From assembly GCA_003518055.1 (NCBI GenBank), contig DOZJ01000002.1, positions 170,137-234,136 on the forward strand: 64,000 nucleotides of DNA, written 5' to 3'. Below the pieces are notes generated by a model. The model did not search any database, was not told the DNA's origin, and worked only from the letters and a program-made list of their open reading frames with translations. The position numbers and the translations under genes are program-made. Positions 50,352 to 60,176 of this stretch are shown here, piece by piece; position 1 is the stretch's first letter; every line of letters begins with the position of its first letter. The stretch comes from Candidatus Falkowbacteria bacterium. GTDB lineage: Bacteria; Patescibacteriota; Patescibacteriia; UBA11705.

Positions 50352-50427
50352 TGGAGCCACCTCGCGGATTCGAACCGCGGACCTTTCCCTTACGAAGGGA
50401 CTGCTCTACCAGCTGAGCTAAGGTGGC
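50352..50427 (-). tRNA. tRNA-Thr(CGT)
   Basis: GCCACCT/AGGTGGC acceptor, loop TTCGTAA, GGTTCGAATCC, CCA. Confidence 0.93.
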
Positions 50428-50462
50428 AGAATGTAATTAATTATATTCGGAATTAACAAAAA

Positions 50463-51239
50463 ATGCAACCGTTTATGCCAAATTCAGCCAAGATGATTAT
50501 TAAGGGAATGATGGTCTTATTCTTGCTGCTAGCCCCGCTGGTTCCAGCTATGGCTCAGGATGATCTGATCGATTTGGTTGATTTGCATCTCGACACACCC
50601 ACGCTGGCTCGAGGTTATACCATTTCATCCACCGACAATACTTTTATGGTTGGGGTTAGACCGGAAGTTTTGGCGGAAGAAACCCGAGTTATAATTAAAC
50701 ACTTCTCTCCTGCCGGTTTAGAGTTTCCCGATGGGTTGGTTCCGGTTAGCGATATTTATGAATTTGATATATTTAACAAGGCGGCGTTTCAAAATAAACT
50801 GCCTCTGATGCTGAAATTTATTTTGCCCTCTTCGTCGCTATCCGCCCGCCAAGTATATTTTTATAATGGCGTTTTAGGGGAATGGATTCCATTGCCGACC
50901 GCCTATCAGGATCAAAATTCAGTCAAGGGGATTATTCATCTGCCATACGCCAAAATGGTGGTGCTCGAAGATGCCAAAATGAGCCGCGGCTCCGCCAGTT
51001 GGTATGGGTATAAAAATTGTTTGTGCGCCGCTTCGCCCGATTATCCGAAAGGGACAAAATTATTAGTTACCAATCTCGACAACAATCGTTCGGTTGAGGT
51101 TGTTGTCAATGATTTCGGTCCTGATCGCACCATTCATCCTGATCGAGTAATTGATTTGGATAAAGTCGCGTTCAAGGTTTTGGGCGAGCTGTGGCAGGGA
51201 ATCATCCCAAACGTTACCGTTGAGCCAATAAAAGAATAA
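50463..51239 (+). CDS. Secreted protein with C-terminal RlpA-like double-psi beta-barrel
   Basis: GSASWY...GTKLLVTNL..VVVNDFGP..RVIDL. Confidence 0.8.
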   Translation: MQPFMPNSAKMIIKGMMVLFLLLAPLVPAMAQDDLIDLVDLHLDTPTLARGYTISSTDNTFMVGVRPEVLAEETRVIIKHFSPAGLEFPDGLVPVSDIYEFDIFNKAAFQNKLPLMLKFILPSSSLSARQVYFYNGVLGEWIPLPTAYQDQNSVKGIIHLPYAKMVVLEDAKMSRGSASWYGYKNCLCAASPDYPKGTKLLVTNLDNNRSVEVVVNDFGPDRTIHPDRVIDLDKVAFKVLGELWQGIIPNVTVEPIKE

Positions 51240-51242
51240 TAT

Positions 51243-51923
51243 ATGATTAAATTGAGACAAATAACAAAGTTATACAAACCCAATACCTACGCGCTTCATT
51301 GTGTTGATTTGCATATCAAGGACAAGGAATTTGTCTCGATTATCGGTCAAAGCGGTACAGGCAAAACCACCTTGATTCGGCTACTGACGGCGGAAGAAAA
51401 GCCAACCAAAGGTCAGTTGATTGTGGGCGGTTGGGACATCACCCGAATTCATCGGCGCGATGTGCCGATTTTACGCCGCCAAATTGGCGTGATTTATCAG
51501 GATTTCAAATTGTTAAACCAAAAAACCATTTTTGAAAATATCGCGTTCGCCCTTCAAGTCTGCGGCACCTCTCGCTCGACGATCAACAAAGTTGTCCCTC
51601 AAGTACTGCGCATTGTCGGTTTGGAGTCAAAAATCAGCCGGTATCCATGGCAGTTGTCCGGCGGTGAACAGCAGCGGGTTGGTATTGCTCGAGCCTTGAT
51701 TCATCACCCGAAAATTTTGTTGGCCGATGAACCGACCGGCAATTTGGATTCCATCAATACTCGAGAAATTATCGCCCTGTTGAAAAAAATTAATGAGCTT
51801 GGCACCACGGTCATGCTGGTCACTCACGACAAAGATGTGGTCAACCTGCTCAAAAAGCGCGTGGTGACCCTTGACCAAGGGAGAGTGGTCAGCGACCAAA
51901 AGGTTGGTCGTTACATGCTCTGA
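51243..51923 (+). CDS. ftsE: Cell division ATP-binding protein
   Basis: GQSGTGKT, LSGGEQQR, ADEPTGNLD; followed by ftsX. Confidence 0.92.
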   Translation: MIKLRQITKLYKPNTYALHCVDLHIKDKEFVSIIGQSGTGKTTLIRLLTAEEKPTKGQLIVGGWDITRIHRRDVPILRRQIGVIYQDFKLLNQKTIFENIAFALQVCGTSRSTINKVVPQVLRIVGLESKISRYPWQLSGGEQQRVGIARALIHHPKILLADEPTGNLDSINTREIIALLKKINELGTTVMLVTHDKDVVNLLKKRVVTLDQGRVVSDQKVGRYML

Positions 51924-51962
51924 TTTTATTGTTTGTAAATCAAATACATTGACCAATATTTT

Positions 51963-52874
51963 ATGCTAACTTTTTTCCGGGTTCTAAAATTCGCCTTGCA
52001 GGACTTTTACCGCAATTTCTGGTTGACTCTGGTTACGGTCTCTGTTTTAGTCTTGGCTTTGTTTTCAGTCAATGTTTTGATTACCCTCAAATCAGTTTCC
52101 GACAGTATTATCGATAATGTTCACAAACGAGTGGATATAAATGTTATGCTGGTCAGCGATACGACTGAGGCGGAGGTGACAAATTTCCGGACTTTTGTCT
52201 CCAATATTCCTGAGGTGGCGGAGGCGGGGTTTTTGTCAAAAGATGCGGTTATGGAGGAGTTCAAACAAAACAACATTGACAATCCGGATATTCAGGCGGC
52301 AATCGAGGAACTTGACACCAACCCATTCAACGACACCATTGTCATCAAGGCGGTTAATACCGACGATTATGATTTAATCTTACAAAAAATTATTGCCTCT
52401 GAATACTCAACCCTGATTGATAATAATGATTTTTCCGACCCGCAAAAGATTATTTCTTTTGTTCAGAGTGTGTCTCACAAAGTTGAACGGTTTGGTTTGT
52501 TTATTGCCTGTTTGTTCGGCTTGATTGCCTTTTTAATCGTTTTTAATACCATTCGGGTTACGATCTATACTCACAAGGAAGAAATTGGAGTGATGCGCCT
52601 CGTTGGCGCAACAAACTGGTTCATTCGAATGCCGTTTATTCTGGCCAGCGCCTTGTATGCTTTTGTTTCGCTCCTGATCAATGTCGGATTGATTTATCTC
52701 TTTATCAATCTTTTGAGTCCGTACCTGGATACATTTTTGGCTGATTACAACTTCGACCTAGCAGCGTATTTCAATCATAATTTTTGGTTGATTTTCGGTC
52801 TGGAATTTATTTTGGTGGTGGTTTTGACCGTTCTGAGCAGCGCCTTTGCCATTCGTCGATATCTCAAAGTCTAG
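51963..52874 (+). CDS. ftsX: Cell division permease
   Basis: NTIRVTI..EIGVMRLVGA..FIRMPF. Confidence 0.92.
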   Translation: MLTFFRVLKFALQDFYRNFWLTLVTVSVLVLALFSVNVLITLKSVSDSIIDNVHKRVDINVMLVSDTTEAEVTNFRTFVSNIPEVAEAGFLSKDAVMEEFKQNNIDNPDIQAAIEELDTNPFNDTIVIKAVNTDDYDLILQKIIASEYSTLIDNNDFSDPQKIISFVQSVSHKVERFGLFIACLFGLIAFLIVFNTIRVTIYTHKEEIGVMRLVGATNWFIRMPFILASALYAFVSLLINVGLIYLFINLLSPYLDTFLADYNFDLAAYFNHNFWLIFGLEFILVVVLTVLSSAFAIRRYLKV

Positions 52875-53027
52875 GCCTTTACAAATCTTTGATTTGTGCT
52901 AAAATAACGCAGAGCTTTCACCTGAATATAAAATTTGAAAGCGGAGCTGAATTGTTGGTATTTTGTCGAGTCCTTTCAACCGTATTTTTTCACAACGACA
53001 AAATACGAGATATTATTCTTACATCAT

Positions 53028-53117
53028 GGAGAGGTGGCCGAGTGGCTGAAGGCACCACACTGCTAACGTGGAGGGGTGTAAAAACCCTCGCGAGTTCGAA
53101 TCTCGCCCTCTCCGCCA
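53028..53117 (+). tRNA. tRNA-Ser(GCT)
   Basis: GGAGAGG acceptor, loop CTGCTAA, long variable arm, GCCA. Confidence 0.95.
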
Positions 53118-53242
53118 TGAACCACTCACTACGTTCGGGTTCATGGCACGCCAGTAGTGAGCCAATTCACTTTGCTCGCTTATCTCGCTTTCCCTGTCCG
53201 CCGGAGCCTCGGCGCAGGCGGATTGCTTACAACTTACTTTAA

Positions 53243-53333
<91 letters not shown>

Positions 53334-53468
53334 CCTACGCCAAGGCTTCGGCTGGCAAGCCAATTGAGGCAGTTAAGTTGAGTTCGTTCGTACGGGAAGT
53401 TAAAACCATTAGCCCAAATCAGAATCATTACAAGTTAGCTAGTTTAAAAAACAAATAAAAATAAACAT

Positions 53469-53987
53469 ATGAAAAAATGGCTTGAATCCATTATCTTTCC
53501 GCAGGCGCCGGAGGATATCGGTGAGGTTTTATTTGAATGGTCGGCGCCGGAGTTTGAGCGGCATGATCGAAGCCGGATATGGTATATTGCCACCGGTATT
53601 GCTTTGGCCGCGGTTTTGATATATGCTATTGTCACCATGAATTTCTTGTTTCTGGTGATTATTTTATTGGTCTCTCTGATTCTGGTCATGCAGCATTATT
53701 TGGACCCAAAGGATATTACGGTTAAAATCTCCACTAGCGGAGTTCTCGTGGGGCAGCGGTTCCATTATTTTCAAGATTTTAAAGTGTTTTGGCTCGCTTA
53801 TTACCCGCCGGAAGTCAAAAATTTGTATTTGGAATTTCGGGGTATGCGGCGGGACAAATTAAGCTTGCCTTTGGGCGATTTAAATCCGCTTGACATCAGG
53901 AGCGCCCTCGAATCTTACATTGAAGAGGATCTTCGCCGGGAAAATGAGCCAATTGAAGATTATTTGGCTCGGCGGATCAAGTTATAG
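53469..53987 (+). CDS. Conserved-looking membrane protein (2 TM plus PH-like region)
   Basis: EWSAPEFERHDRSRIWY then two TM. Confidence 0.7.
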   Translation: MKKWLESIIFPQAPEDIGEVLFEWSAPEFERHDRSRIWYIATGIALAAVLIYAIVTMNFLFLVIILLVSLILVMQHYLDPKDITVKISTSGVLVGQRFHYFQDFKVFWLAYYPPEVKNLYLEFRGMRRDKLSLPLGDLNPLDIRSALESYIEEDLRRENEPIEDYLARRIKL

Positions 53988-54053
53988 CGTTTAATGTGTT
54001 GATTAATATTGTTATTTTGTATTTGTGATTCGTTTTTTCTTTTGATCCTGTAC

Positions 54054-54173
54054 TCGCTTTTAATAAGCTATAAGTGAAATAAGCAAGACAAGCAAGATAA
54101 GTAAATCAGCACTCAGATTGTCTTTTGGCTTATGCTCTACTCGCTTATCTTGCTTTACTCGCTGTTCTCGCTT
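54054..54173. repeat. Inverted copy of the 9884-9990 9-mer palindromic element
   Basis: Direct sequence comparison. Confidence 0.85.
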
Positions 54174-54187
54174 ACAACGTACTTTAT

Positions 54188-54276
54188 GTGCCCGTAGCTC
54201 CCGCCTTCGCTCTTACTTCGTAGAGCTTCGGCGGGCACCGCAGCTGGATAGTCAATCCCAGCTTCGCTCGGGCACA
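54188..54276 (+). pseudogene. Interrupted partial copy of tRNA-Arg
   Basis: GTGCCCGTAGCT[41-nt hairpin]CAGCTGGATAG...CGGGCACA; anticodon and T arms missing. Confidence 0.7.
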
Positions 54277-54313
54277 ATTAGTTATTAGTGATTAATTATT
54301 GATTATTTATTAT

Positions 54314-54390
54314 GTGCCCGTAGCTCAGCTGGATAGAGCGCAAGCTTGCGGAGCTTGAGGTCGCAGGTTCGAACCCTACCGGGCACACCA
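54314..54390 (+). tRNA. tRNA-Arg(GCG)
   Basis: GTGCCCG/CGGGCAC acceptor, stem CAAGC/GCTTG, loop TTGCGGA, CCA. Confidence 0.92.
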
Positions 54391-54485
54391 GTTTATAGTT
54401 AGCGGAATTTATCTGGATATTTTGGGGACACTCTTTGAAATGAAAAAAACAAAAAAATAAATCACATTAGCTGTCAGCCAGTCTG

Positions 54486-54511
54486 AGATCCTGAAATAAA
54501 TTCAGGATGAC
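54486..54511. repeat. REP-like palindrome
   Basis: AGATCCTGAAATAAATTCAGGATGAC. Confidence 0.6.
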
Positions 54512-54562
54512 AAAGTGAATATTTTTTTGTTTTTTTCATTTCCCCATAACATCGGAGGAGTG

Positions 54563-55027
54563 ATGATCTACAAGGAAGCCGACGTACAGAAATTAGCGGT
54601 TCCGGTTCGCGTGGAAGACCGCGGCCTGTATACGATTTATACCCTGCCCGAGCGTGAATCCAAAGGTAAAACCGGCCGCAAGCTCATTGTGCCGTTTGAT
54701 GGTCGATTCCCGCTGATTGACGGATTCGAGGTGAAATACCTGTATCTAGTCGAGCTTCAAGATATCTCAAGCGTGGCCGGCCATCATTTCCATTTGCGAA
54801 AGACAGAATTCTTGATGGCTGTTTGCGGCGAGGTCAAGATTTTCTTTCAGGATATCGAGACCGGTGAATACCGGAGCCTCAGCCTCAAGGCCAAAGACAA
54901 CCGCGTCATTCATATCAGACCGGGGATTGCCCACGCGGTCGGGGCGCATACTATCCCAGCCATTGTGCTGGTTATGGCTGACTTTCCAAACACCGAAGAC
55001 GATGAGTTTCCCCATCGCATTATTTGA
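54563..55027 (+). CDS. Cupin (WxcM/FdtA-like) protein
   Basis: GHHFHLRKTEF...PGIAHAV; GGAGGAG SD. Confidence 0.75.
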   Translation: MIYKEADVQKLAVPVRVEDRGLYTIYTLPERESKGKTGRKLIVPFDGRFPLIDGFEVKYLYLVELQDISSVAGHHFHLRKTEFLMAVCGEVKIFFQDIETGEYRSLSLKAKDNRVIHIRPGIAHAVGAHTIPAIVLVMADFPNTEDDEFPHRII

Positions 55028-55075
55028 TCACCCAACCGGTGATTTTTTTTACAACAAAAAATCCTGACCAGTTGA

Positions 55076-55363
55076 TCAGGATCGGGCGCGTTCGTCACGC
55101 CGCTGTTGGTCTCCCCAGAGGAAGATTCTCGACGCAAGCTGCATGATGAAGTCATGAAGCTCTCGTTCACCCGGATCCGACGACAGCTTGTCCGCGTCGT
55201 TCATGACCCAGCTGAGCGCCGATTCGAATTCTCCTCGACCGAGAGAGCGCAGGGCCGCTCGTCCGGATGCGAATTGGCTGAATCCGGGCGCAGCCAAGAG
55301 CAGGCGTTTCAGTTCTACACCCAGCTCACTTCGTTCCGGCTCAGGGAAGATGCATGTATTCAT
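55076..55363 (-). CDS. Hypothetical protein, paralog of 55341..55619
   Basis: LLAAP...RGEFESA..DADK pattern shared with neighbour. Confidence 0.6.
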   Translation of the reverse strand: MNTCIFPEPERSELGVELKRLLLAAPGFSQFASGRAALRSLGRGEFESALSWVMNDADKLSSDPGERELHDFIMQLASRIFLWGDQQRRDERARS

Positions 55364-55619
55364 TTTTCCTCATCCAGTCCATGAGCTGTTCACTCATAGC
55401 ATGGCCGAAGTTGTAGATGTCTCGGCGGTAGATGTGGAACTTGTCCAAATCAACCGCCAGATGACTGACCGCGTGCTCCAGCTTTCCCCGCATCAGTTCG
55501 CGCCTGGCCATTACCACTGCGGTATATGCATCCAGCTCGGGGGCAGCCAGCAATTCGGTCATTTTTTGAATCAAACTAATGCGGTCTTCACCGGTCCAGT
55601 ATTGGGTTTTCGAGGTCAT
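55341..55619 (-). CDS. Hypothetical protein, paralog of 55076..55363
   Basis: Promoter TTGACA-17-TATAAT at 55653-55681; GGAG SD. Confidence 0.65.
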   Translation of the reverse strand: MTSKTQYWTGEDRISLIQKMTELLAAPELDAYTAVVMARRELMRGKLEHAVSHLAVDLDKFHIYRRDIYNFGHAMSEQLMDWMRKNEYMHLP

Positions 55620-55722
55620 TTCCGTCTCCGATCCGGTTGAGGGTATCTAGCTATTATATCATAATTAGTATAATTTGTCAATGGTTTTAGCTAAATTCAG
55701 GAGAATTTGCTAAAATATCAGC

Positions 55723-57783
55723 ATGAAACTAACCGACAAAATTGAATTATTGCCTCGGCTCGGCCAAACCACGGCCAAGCGCCTTCATTATCTCGGGCTT
55801 GAAACCGTGGAGGATTTGATTTGGTATTTCCCGTTTCGCTATGAAGATTTTAGCCAAATCCGACTTATCAGCGATGTTCATGACGGCGATATGGTGACGA
55901 TTCATGGTCAAGTCGAGATTATTGCCAGCCGGCGCAGCCGCCGCCAGCGTCGAGTTTTGGTTGAAGCGATTATCAATGATCATTCCGGTCAGTTGAAAGT
56001 TGTCTGGTTCAATCAGCCGTATATTGCCAAGACCTTGAAGGCTGGCGAGTATGTTTATTTTTCCGGCAAGGTTGAAGTCAATAACTATGGCACGCAATTG
56101 CTTAACCCAGATTATGAAAAGGAAAATCAATATCGGGAAAATGTGCACACCGCTAGAATTGTCCCCGTGTATTCCTTAACTGCCGGTTTGACTGAGAAAC
56201 AATTGCGTTATTTTATTTCCCAAACCATACCGCTGATCAAAACCATTCAAGAGAATTTGCCGCTGGAAATAATTTCAGGCGCCAAATTGATGTCTTTGGC
56301 CGATGCCTTACTCAACATTCACTTTCCTCGGGATTTCGCCGCCTTGAAACAAGCCAAGAATCGGTTGAGTTTCCAAGAGATTTTTGTGGTCCAATATTTA
56401 ATCAAAAAAGCCAAAGCGGAATTAGCCGGTAACACTTCAATCGCGATGAAATTTCTCGAAAAACCGACAAAAGAATTTGTTGAGCGGCTGCCATTTAAAT
56501 TAACCAATGATCAAAAAAAAGCGGCTTGGGAAATTATTCAGGGTGTTGGTCAATCAAAGCCCATGAATCGTCTGCTCGAAGGTGATGTCGGCTCCGGCAA
56601 AACCATTGTGGTCGCCTTATCAATGTTGAACGTGGCTCGCAACGGCTATCTTTCGGTCATGATGGCTCCGACGGAAATTTTAGCCCGACAGCATTATCAA
56701 AATTTTGTTAAATTGTATGCCAAAGAAAGGCTAACTGTTGCCTTGCTGACGCGCGGCGGCAAAGAGATCAATGGCGAAAAGGTCACGGCGAAAAAATTGC
56801 AGACCGCTATTGATCATCAAGACATTCAGATTATTGTCGGCACTCAGGCCTTGATTCAGGATAAAATTAAATTCAAGGATTTGGGTTTAGTAGTTATCGA
56901 TGAGCAGCATCGTTTCGGCGTCAAACAAAGAAAAACCTTGATTGATAAAGAGCAAAATTTGATGCCTCATTTCCTCTCAATGACCGCCACTCCGATCCCT
57001 CGCAGTTTAGCACTAGCTCTGTATGGTGATTTGGAATTGAGCCTAATCAAAGAACTGCCCAAAAACCGCCGGCCAATAATTAGCCGACTGGTCGAAGAAA
57101 TCAATCGCGACAAAGCCTATCAATTTACCCGCGAACAAATTAACTCCGGCCGGCAGGCGTTTGTTATCTGTCCTTTAATCGACGCTTCGGATAATTTGGG
57201 CGTTAAATCAGTTTCAGAAGTCTTTGACCGTCTGTCAAAACACGTTTTTCCAGACTTGAAAGTTCAAATGCTGCACGGAAAAATGAAAGCCGATGATAAA
57301 AACCAGATTATGCAGGATTTTTATGCCAAAAATTTCGATATTTTAGTTTCGACTTCCGTCATTGAGGTTGGTATTGACGTGCCGAACGCCACGATCATGA
57401 TGATCGAAGGCGCAGACCGGTTTGGCCTTGCCCAGCTACATCAATTCCGTGGCCGCGTCGGCCGGGGAGAGCACCAGTCATATTGTTTAGTCTTTACTGA
57501 CAATACCGGCGTCAAAACCGTGCAGCGTCTCAATTTCTTTGTTGCCACCAAGGACGGTTTTGCCCTCGCGGAAAAAGATTTGCAGCTTCGGGGCAGCGGC
57601 GATTTGTATGGCACCAAACAGTCAGGTTTACCTGATTTGAAGCTGGCGGATTTGACTGATATTAATTTGATCAAAAAAGCCCAAGACGCGGCTGAGCTTT
57701 TCCTTTCCAAGTATGTCATAGACGATTTCCCGTCACTGAAAACCGTTGTTGACCGCCAAGAAATCACCCTGCATTTTGAATAG
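55723..57783 (+). CDS. recG: ATP-dependent DNA helicase RecG
   Basis: EGDVGSGKT, DEQHRFGV, TATPIPR, QFRGRVGR, wedge domain. Confidence 0.97.
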   Translation: MKLTDKIELLPRLGQTTAKRLHYLGLETVEDLIWYFPFRYEDFSQIRLISDVHDGDMVTIHGQVEIIASRRSRRQRRVLVEAIINDHSGQLKVVWFNQPYIAKTLKAGEYVYFSGKVEVNNYGTQLLNPDYEKENQYRENVHTARIVPVYSLTAGLTEKQLRYFISQTIPLIKTIQENLPLEIISGAKLMSLADALLNIHFPRDFAALKQAKNRLSFQEIFVVQYLIKKAKAELAGNTSIAMKFLEKPTKEFVERLPFKLTNDQKKAAWEIIQGVGQSKPMNRLLEGDVGSGKTIVVALSMLNVARNGYLSVMMAPTEILARQHYQNFVKLYAKERLTVALLTRGGKEINGEKVTAKKLQTAIDHQDIQIIVGTQALIQDKIKFKDLGLVVIDEQHRFGVKQRKTLIDKEQNLMPHFLSMTATPIPRSLALALYGDLELSLIKELPKNRRPIISRLVEEINRDKAYQFTREQINSGRQAFVICPLIDASDNLGVKSVSEVFDRLSKHVFPDLKVQMLHGKMKADDKNQIMQDFYAKNFDILVSTSVIEVGIDVPNATIMMIEGADRFGLAQLHQFRGRVGRGEHQSYCLVFTDNTGVKTVQRLNFFVATKDGFALAEKDLQLRGSGDLYGTKQSGLPDLKLADLTDINLIKKAQDAAELFLSKYVIDDFPSLKTVVDRQEITLHFE

Positions 57784-57946
57784 TTCTCCGAAAGCGACAT
57801 TTTGAAACGTCGCTTTCGGGGAGGTGTTTGTTTGCTGTCAAAACTAATGTCATGAATGAATAGGGTTGTGCATTTTTTATAAGAACCAAGATTGTTTCAT
57901 CGACTGAAAATATCAATCAAAAAAGCGGCTTTGTTAAAACCGTTTT

Positions 57947-58588
57947 TTATAGCATTTTGCTTAATGCCCCCTTGGTAAAATCAGTCGCAGATAGCAGGAG
58001 TTGAGCTGTCTGTTCTCGCGTCAACCTTGGCCGGTAAGTAACGAGTGTGCTAACAGCCTTGTCAAGAAATTCCAGTCCCACCGTGCCATCGGTTATAGAT
58101 TCTTTGTAAAAACTGATCAGCTTGGCAGTGTGTTCATGTGGTTCAAGGTAGATAATGAAGAAGGTGTAATTTTCAGACGAGATTTCTACTAACACGCTAA
58201 TACACAACCGGTTTTCAGCAATTGCGTATTGAGCTTCATAGACAATCCTGCCATCAGATGGCAGTGGATATTCAGCTGATTTTCTATTTTGCAGCGCTGG
58301 CAGTTTGCGTCGCTGTTCATTGGTCAGTTCAATCTTTGGTTGATATAGGCTGTCCGTGCTCATCTCGGTGTCATATGAGAATTCTTGTTTCCAAATCTGA
58401 AGTCTATTGGCGCTGTTAATGGTGGAATTCCTATAAATTGTGTCAATGTCTTCCATTTTCGATTCTTGGTCAGCACCGTCCGAGCTAACACCTAAAACAA
58501 CCGCCAAGACAATCATCAGAAGAGCGATAAATGTCAGCCCCCCGGTCATGACTCCCGAACGCGTTTCATAGATTTCGTGGTGCCCCAT
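57947..58588 (-). CDS. Hypothetical bitopic membrane protein
   Basis: GAGGAG SD; one TM; promoter TTGACA-16-TAAACT at 58625-58652. Confidence 0.6.
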   Translation of the reverse strand: MGHHEIYETRSGVMTGGLTFIALLMIVLAVVLGVSSDGADQESKMEDIDTIYRNSTINSANRLQIWKQEFSYDTEMSTDSLYQPKIELTNEQRRKLPALQNRKSAEYPLPSDGRIVYEAQYAIAENRLCISVLVEISSENYTFFIIYLEPHEHTAKLISFYKESITDGTVGLEFLDKAVSTLVTYRPRLTREQTAQLLLSATDFTKGALSKML

Positions 58589-58793
58589 GCTCTTTCTCCT
58601 CTTGGGTGGGTAGTTTAATACCAAAGTTTATCAAGAATATTGTATTTGTCAATGGTATCAGGATCTATATTTTTCCCCTTATTCTATGATTTTTCTAGAT
58701 TGGTGTTGACGTAATCTGATGATTTTAATATAATTAATTTTGTGGGCTAGTATCTAGGACGGCCCATACATGACCGCCAAAAGGAGGAAGCTG

Positions 58794-59177
58794 ATGACGG
58801 TCGGTCTGATGATAGAGGGGTTTGAGCAGCGGGAGCTCCTTGGCCGCGCCATTCGCGGGAAGAAAGCTGTCTGCTGCCTCTTAACCCACATGCCGGTCTG
58901 CGACGCCGAACTGGTGCTCCCGGTCGAAGGAGGACACATCCGGGTGGCCAAGTTCATCGAACGCGAGAAGCTCTGGCTGGCCGATCACGGCCTGCGCGAG
59001 CTGCCGAACGGCTTCAAGTTGACCAAGCTGAGTCTCTCGGATCTGCGTCAGGTGTATGTGATCATTCTCATGACCTACAATCTGAGTCCGGATCAGCGTA
59101 AGCATGTACGCGAATGTGTCTCAATCATGGGCGGAGATCAGATTCTCGCCTCTATCGCTGACGACCACGACAATTGA
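58794..59177 (+). CDS. Hypothetical protein
   Basis: AGGAGG SD; promoter TTGACG-17-TATAAT at 58706-58734; GC-rich; hairpin GCTAGCAT..ATGCTAGT after stop. Confidence 0.65.
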   Translation: MTVGLMIEGFEQRELLGRAIRGKKAVCCLLTHMPVCDAELVLPVEGGHIRVAKFIEREKLWLADHGLRELPNGFKLTKLSLSDLRQVYVIILMTYNLSPDQRKHVRECVSIMGGDQILASIADDHDN

Positions 59178-59256
59178 CCTTTTTTTGCTAGCATAACCAT
59201 GCTAGTTTTTTTCACAATTTAAAAATCTCCAAGTGGAGATTTTTTTGATGAAAGCA

Positions 59257-59850
59257 TTAGTTTTTAAAACTGATAATTCGACCATATCCATTTTGCTCCA
59301 GAATAAATTCGTATCGTTTCTTGAATTCTTTTTTTACTTCCGGCAAAACAATTTTCTCTTTCCACTCCATGTCCGCTTTTTTTCGGTTGCCAGCCATTAT
59401 TTCGCAGATGCTTTTTTGGGGATTTTCATACCAGTAAACAGCGTAAAACGGCCCGATCAGATGAGCGGCGCCGTCGGCCGAGGAGACTATTTTTACTTCG
59501 ATTGGCGCTTGGGCCAAATCTCCCCGGCCATGATTATCTATAATTTTAACATATTCGAGCGCTTGGTCGATCATTGCCGGCTTGAAACCAATTTTAGCCA
59601 GTTTTTCCCGGCCGAAAGTAATGGTGGCTTCATGCTGATGTTCGTAATCCACCATTTTCCCGTAATCATGTAGCCAGACGAGGAGTAAAACCACGCTGCG
59701 GTTGGCAGCCGGATATTTCCGGCAAAGACTTATGGCGATTTTCTCCACGATTTTCAAATGATAATCCACATACCATGAATGGTGTTTGAATCGCGGATTT
59801 CGCGCGGCCTTTGTGACCTCGGCGATAAATTGATTAATGTGTTCTTTCAT
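59257..59850 (-). CDS. HD-domain protein
   Basis: YHLKIV, WLHDYGK, H..H, SADGAAH. Confidence 0.8.
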   Translation of the reverse strand: MKEHINQFIAEVTKAARNPRFKHHSWYVDYHLKIVEKIAISLCRKYPAANRSVVLLLVWLHDYGKMVDYEHQHEATITFGREKLAKIGFKPAMIDQALEYVKIIDNHGRGDLAQAPIEVKIVSSADGAAHLIGPFYAVYWYENPQKSICEIMAGNRKKADMEWKEKIVLPEVKKEFKKRYEFILEQNGYGRIISFKN

Positions 59851-59915
59851 ATTTAACTGTATAAATTTAGCGGCAAATGAATGAAAAAAAATTACGATTA
59901 AAATCTGGATGGTTT

Positions 59916-60173
59916 TTATCGATTATGTTTACCCACCCAGCGATTTTTGATATAGGTCAGGGACAAAGTTGACAACACGAATCCGGCAGTCGGGACTAGA
60001 GAATTAACAAACGGTTTGGGCAGTTCGGCAATCAAGAAAAATAATACGATGGTGATATAAGTTAATAAGGCCACGATCAGGCGGCGGCTCCAGCTGGTTT
60101 CCCACGCTTTATCCAGCTCAACCCGACGGTTACGCGCCTCGATCGCCTGAAGCCGTTGTTCAATTTCTAACAT
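59916..60173 (-). CDS. Small 2-TM protein
   Basis: IEARNRRVELDKAWETSW then two TM. Confidence 0.7.
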   Translation of the reverse strand: MLEIEQRLQAIEARNRRVELDKAWETSWSRRLIVALLTYITIVLFFLIAELPKPFVNSLVPTAGFVLSTLSLTYIKNRWVGKHNR

Positions 60174-60176
60174 AGA

